Shown here: positions 61,517 through 64,000 of the stretch, piece by piece
How the letters are laid out: every line of letters starts with the position of its first letter
How positions within the stretch are numbered: position 1 is the first letter of the stretch
NCBI GenBank assembly: GCA_963765495.1
Contig: CAVXWP010000009.1
Coordinates: 64,001-128,000, forward strand
Length of the DNA stretch: 64,000 nt
Source: Blastocatellia bacterium
Lineage (GTDB): Bacteria > Acidobacteriota > Blastocatellia > UBA7656
Direction: 5' to 3'
Translations under genes and position numbers: made by a program
The notes under the pieces: model-generated
What the model saw: the letters and a program-made list of their open reading frames with translations, nothing else
What the model was told of the DNA's origin: nothing
Database searches by the model: none

Positions 61517-61658
61517 GGCGCAGGTGCCGGTCCGGCGGCTGCCGACACACCGGAGTCTTTGATCTTCTTTCGTCAGCCCCCGTAAAAAATAGCACCCGCT
61601 GAGATTCGAGCCTTGAATGCTCAGGTTTCAGCCCTGTTTCGGCGCTTAACCTTGCGCC
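61517..61658 (+). ncRNA. Putative 6S-like RNA (rod-shaped hairpin)
   Basis: End-to-end pairing GGCGCAGG/CCTTGCGCC, GTGCCGG/TCGGCGC, GGCTG/CAGCC; extended -10 TGGTAACAT at 61496-61504. Confidence 0.45.
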
Positions 61659-61757
61659 CTCGAAAAAGTTGGGTTAGGCTGCTTTCGGCCCTGAACTGAG
61701 ATGATTGTTATTGAATCGAGACTCGATCACCGGCTGAGGCAAATAGAGGGAAATCAC

Positions 61758-63668
61758 ATGACAAGCAGAATCTTACTCGCTGACGACAGCATAACCATAC
61801 AAAAGGTTGTGAATCTCACTTTTGCCGACGAGGGGATAGAAGTGGTTTCGGTCAGCAACGGAGAAATGGCTGAACGCAGAATGGGTGAAATCAACCCCGA
61901 CCTCGTGCTTGCAGACATATTCATGCCGGGCAAGAACGGATACGAGTTGTGCGAGTACATAAAAGAAAGCTCTGAATTCCACGACGTGCCGGTTGTTTTG
62001 CTCGTAGGCGCTTTCGAGCCTTTCGATCAGAGCGAGGCTCGGCGCGTCCGCGCCGACGGCCATCTTACCAAGCCGTTCGAAACGCGAACCCTGGTTGAAA
62101 CGGTTCGCAGTCTCATAGAGAAAAACGCCAAACCGCAAACCGATAGTCTCGCTTCGCTGCCGCCGTCAAGAAATGATGATCGCGAGGGCGAGTCGCCCGA
62201 AAAGCCTTTCGAAGCCGGAGCGATCAAGACGCCCCGCTTAAACATAGACCTTTCAGCCATGACCGATTCCTGGACGCCGCAGGAGACAGCCGAATTGCGC
62301 GGAAACGAGAGCGCCACAACCTCCACTATGGATGCGTTGAACGATGCTTCCCCGCTCGATATCGATTATTCCATGCCGTCATCGTCCGACACGGAATTCT
62401 CCGGGTTTGAGACCCGAACCCAGCAATCGATGGAGACTGTTGAGTTGTCGTCGCTGATTGAGGATGATTCGTTTCCACACGGTCAGACTTTAGAGATGAA
62501 CGTCTCGACTCAAACCGAGCCCTCTTATCTGGACGCGCAAAACAACACCGATAGCGGACGGCTCAATCTGCCTGTGAACAATTCTGCGCTTGATGCCGAA
62601 GAGAACCACGAATGGGAGGAGCGACGGATTACCTCGCCTCTCGAACCCGACTTTGGCGATGAAGGCATGGTTTTGGATTTCGAGAAGGTGGACGAACCCG
62701 ATTCCCACCAGCCGGAAAATATTGTCTCTTTCGATCTTGAAACCGAGCCGCCATCCAAACAGGCGAGCGGTGTTGAACCCGGCTTCGCCACACAAGAGTC
62801 GAATGAGTACGGCAATCAGCAGATTGTGGAACCCGAAGCGGTTATTGCAAGCGACGAATCGTCTCAGCAACAGACAGGGTTTGAGTTGAGTTTCGATACA
62901 AACACGGGATATTCGGGTGAGAGAGCAGCATCCTTTGCCTCCTCTTCACTGTTTACCGACGAAGAGCCTCTGGGCGACCTGATCGACATGGATAAGGCGC
63001 AAGAGATGGCTGCCGGTCAGGAAGAAGGGCGGGTTTTTGAGGTGTTGCCTGCTGCGGAGGCGAGCCTTTCCGGTCTGAATGAACAATACTTAGCGGGTTC
63101 CGAAGACGCGGGGAGCGAATCTTTCACCACAGACTCCGGGTCGGAGCCATCGAAGGAAACGTCTCTTGAGGCTAAGACGGCCTCCGCCCCGGCAGATGAA
63201 AAAATCGGATTCACTACACAGGAGATGGCGACTCCAGATCACCGAGAGTTTATATCGGGCACGCTTCTTGGCTCGACCTCTCCTTTTGAAATTGTCGAAC
63301 CGGAAGCGGAGCAGAAGGAAGCCGATACGGTCGAGCAGTTCAAGTCTTCTGAGATGTGGACCGAAGAAGAGATGCACTTTACGCCTATCGACATTGAAGA
63401 CGCGCCTTTGGGCGAGGAACCGGCATTTCATCATTCGCCGGGCGCGACAGAGTCCGAGCAGGAATTCACATCGTCGGGCGCGCATATGTCAGCCGACAGG
63501 CCCACCCGAGCGGCGGATATGTCACCGGATCTCCTCGACGAGATAGTGCGCCGCGTGGTGGCCGAGATCAGCGATTCGGTCGTGCGCGAAATAGCATGGG
63601 AAGTCGTGCCCGATTGCGTCGAGCGGGTAGTCGAAAAACTGGCGCGCGAGTCCCTGTCCAAACGCATT

Positions 63669-63671
<3 letters not shown>
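61758..63671 (+). CDS. romR: RomR-like response regulator (receiver, acidic disordered linker, RomR-C helix)
   Basis: LADDSITIQKV, LADIFMPGKNGYELC, PVVLLVGAFEPFD, KPFE; C-terminal VVREIAWEVVPD. Confidence 0.78.
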
Positions 63672-63843
<172 letters not shown>

Positions 63844-63924
63844 ACCCAACAATCCCTCTTAATTTTAGCGATGAATCTCCTGTTTTGTGTGACAGGAGAT
63901 AATCTCTCAGGCGATAATGACCCT

Positions 63925-64000
63925 ATGACTGAAATTCCAAAAGCATACGATCCGCATGGAACCGAAGAGAAATGGTATTCCTTCTGGCAATCGAACGGCT
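63925..64000 (+). CDS. valS: Valine--tRNA ligase, N-terminal fragment (runs off the window)
   Basis: MTEIPKAYDPHGTEEKWYSFWQSNG matches the ValRS N-terminal K.YDP...E...Y..W...G pattern; only 25 codons visible. Confidence 0.75.
   Translation, partial: MTEIPKAYDPHGTEEKWYSFWQSNG

Noticed and set aside
241-63667. Numerous long antisense or alternate-frame ORFs (e.g. 1276-2058, 7925-8719, 48343-49086, 51203-51961)
   Set aside because: Shadow ORFs of GC-rich coding strands, fully overlapping well-supported genes and without recognisable motifs.

Overview
Gene-dense bacterial chromosomal window, most likely Acidobacteriota (Blastocatellia-like). The assignment is an inference from an Oar-type TonB-dependent receptor, a duplicated orphan ABC permease and a wHTH-TolB membrane regulator. 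About 45 CDS were called: hydrolases and peptidases, a LytS/LytTR system, an ECF sigma / Zn-finger-FecR anti-sigma / ABC module, a 2532-aa teneurin-like YD/RHS protein, a metallopeptidase / ATP-grasp / thioesterase / coaA run, carD, a GCS2-CBS fusion, an S8 protease, a RomR-like regulator and the start of valS. No rRNA, tRNA, CRISPR array or transposase gene was seen. The strongest signal is intergenic. About 19 small, mostly palindromic elements are built from inverted arms of 7-bp or 9-bp tandem repeats. They fall into families with conserved spacers and often start at a stop codon, and the 7-bp arms put stops in all three frames. Other notable elements are a 156-bp ISAs1-like MITE with a 10-bp target duplication that carries a covarying REP doublet, 11-bp-periodic operator-like arrays, a LytTR box pair and a 6S-like RNA. 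All calls were made by eye, with no database searches.
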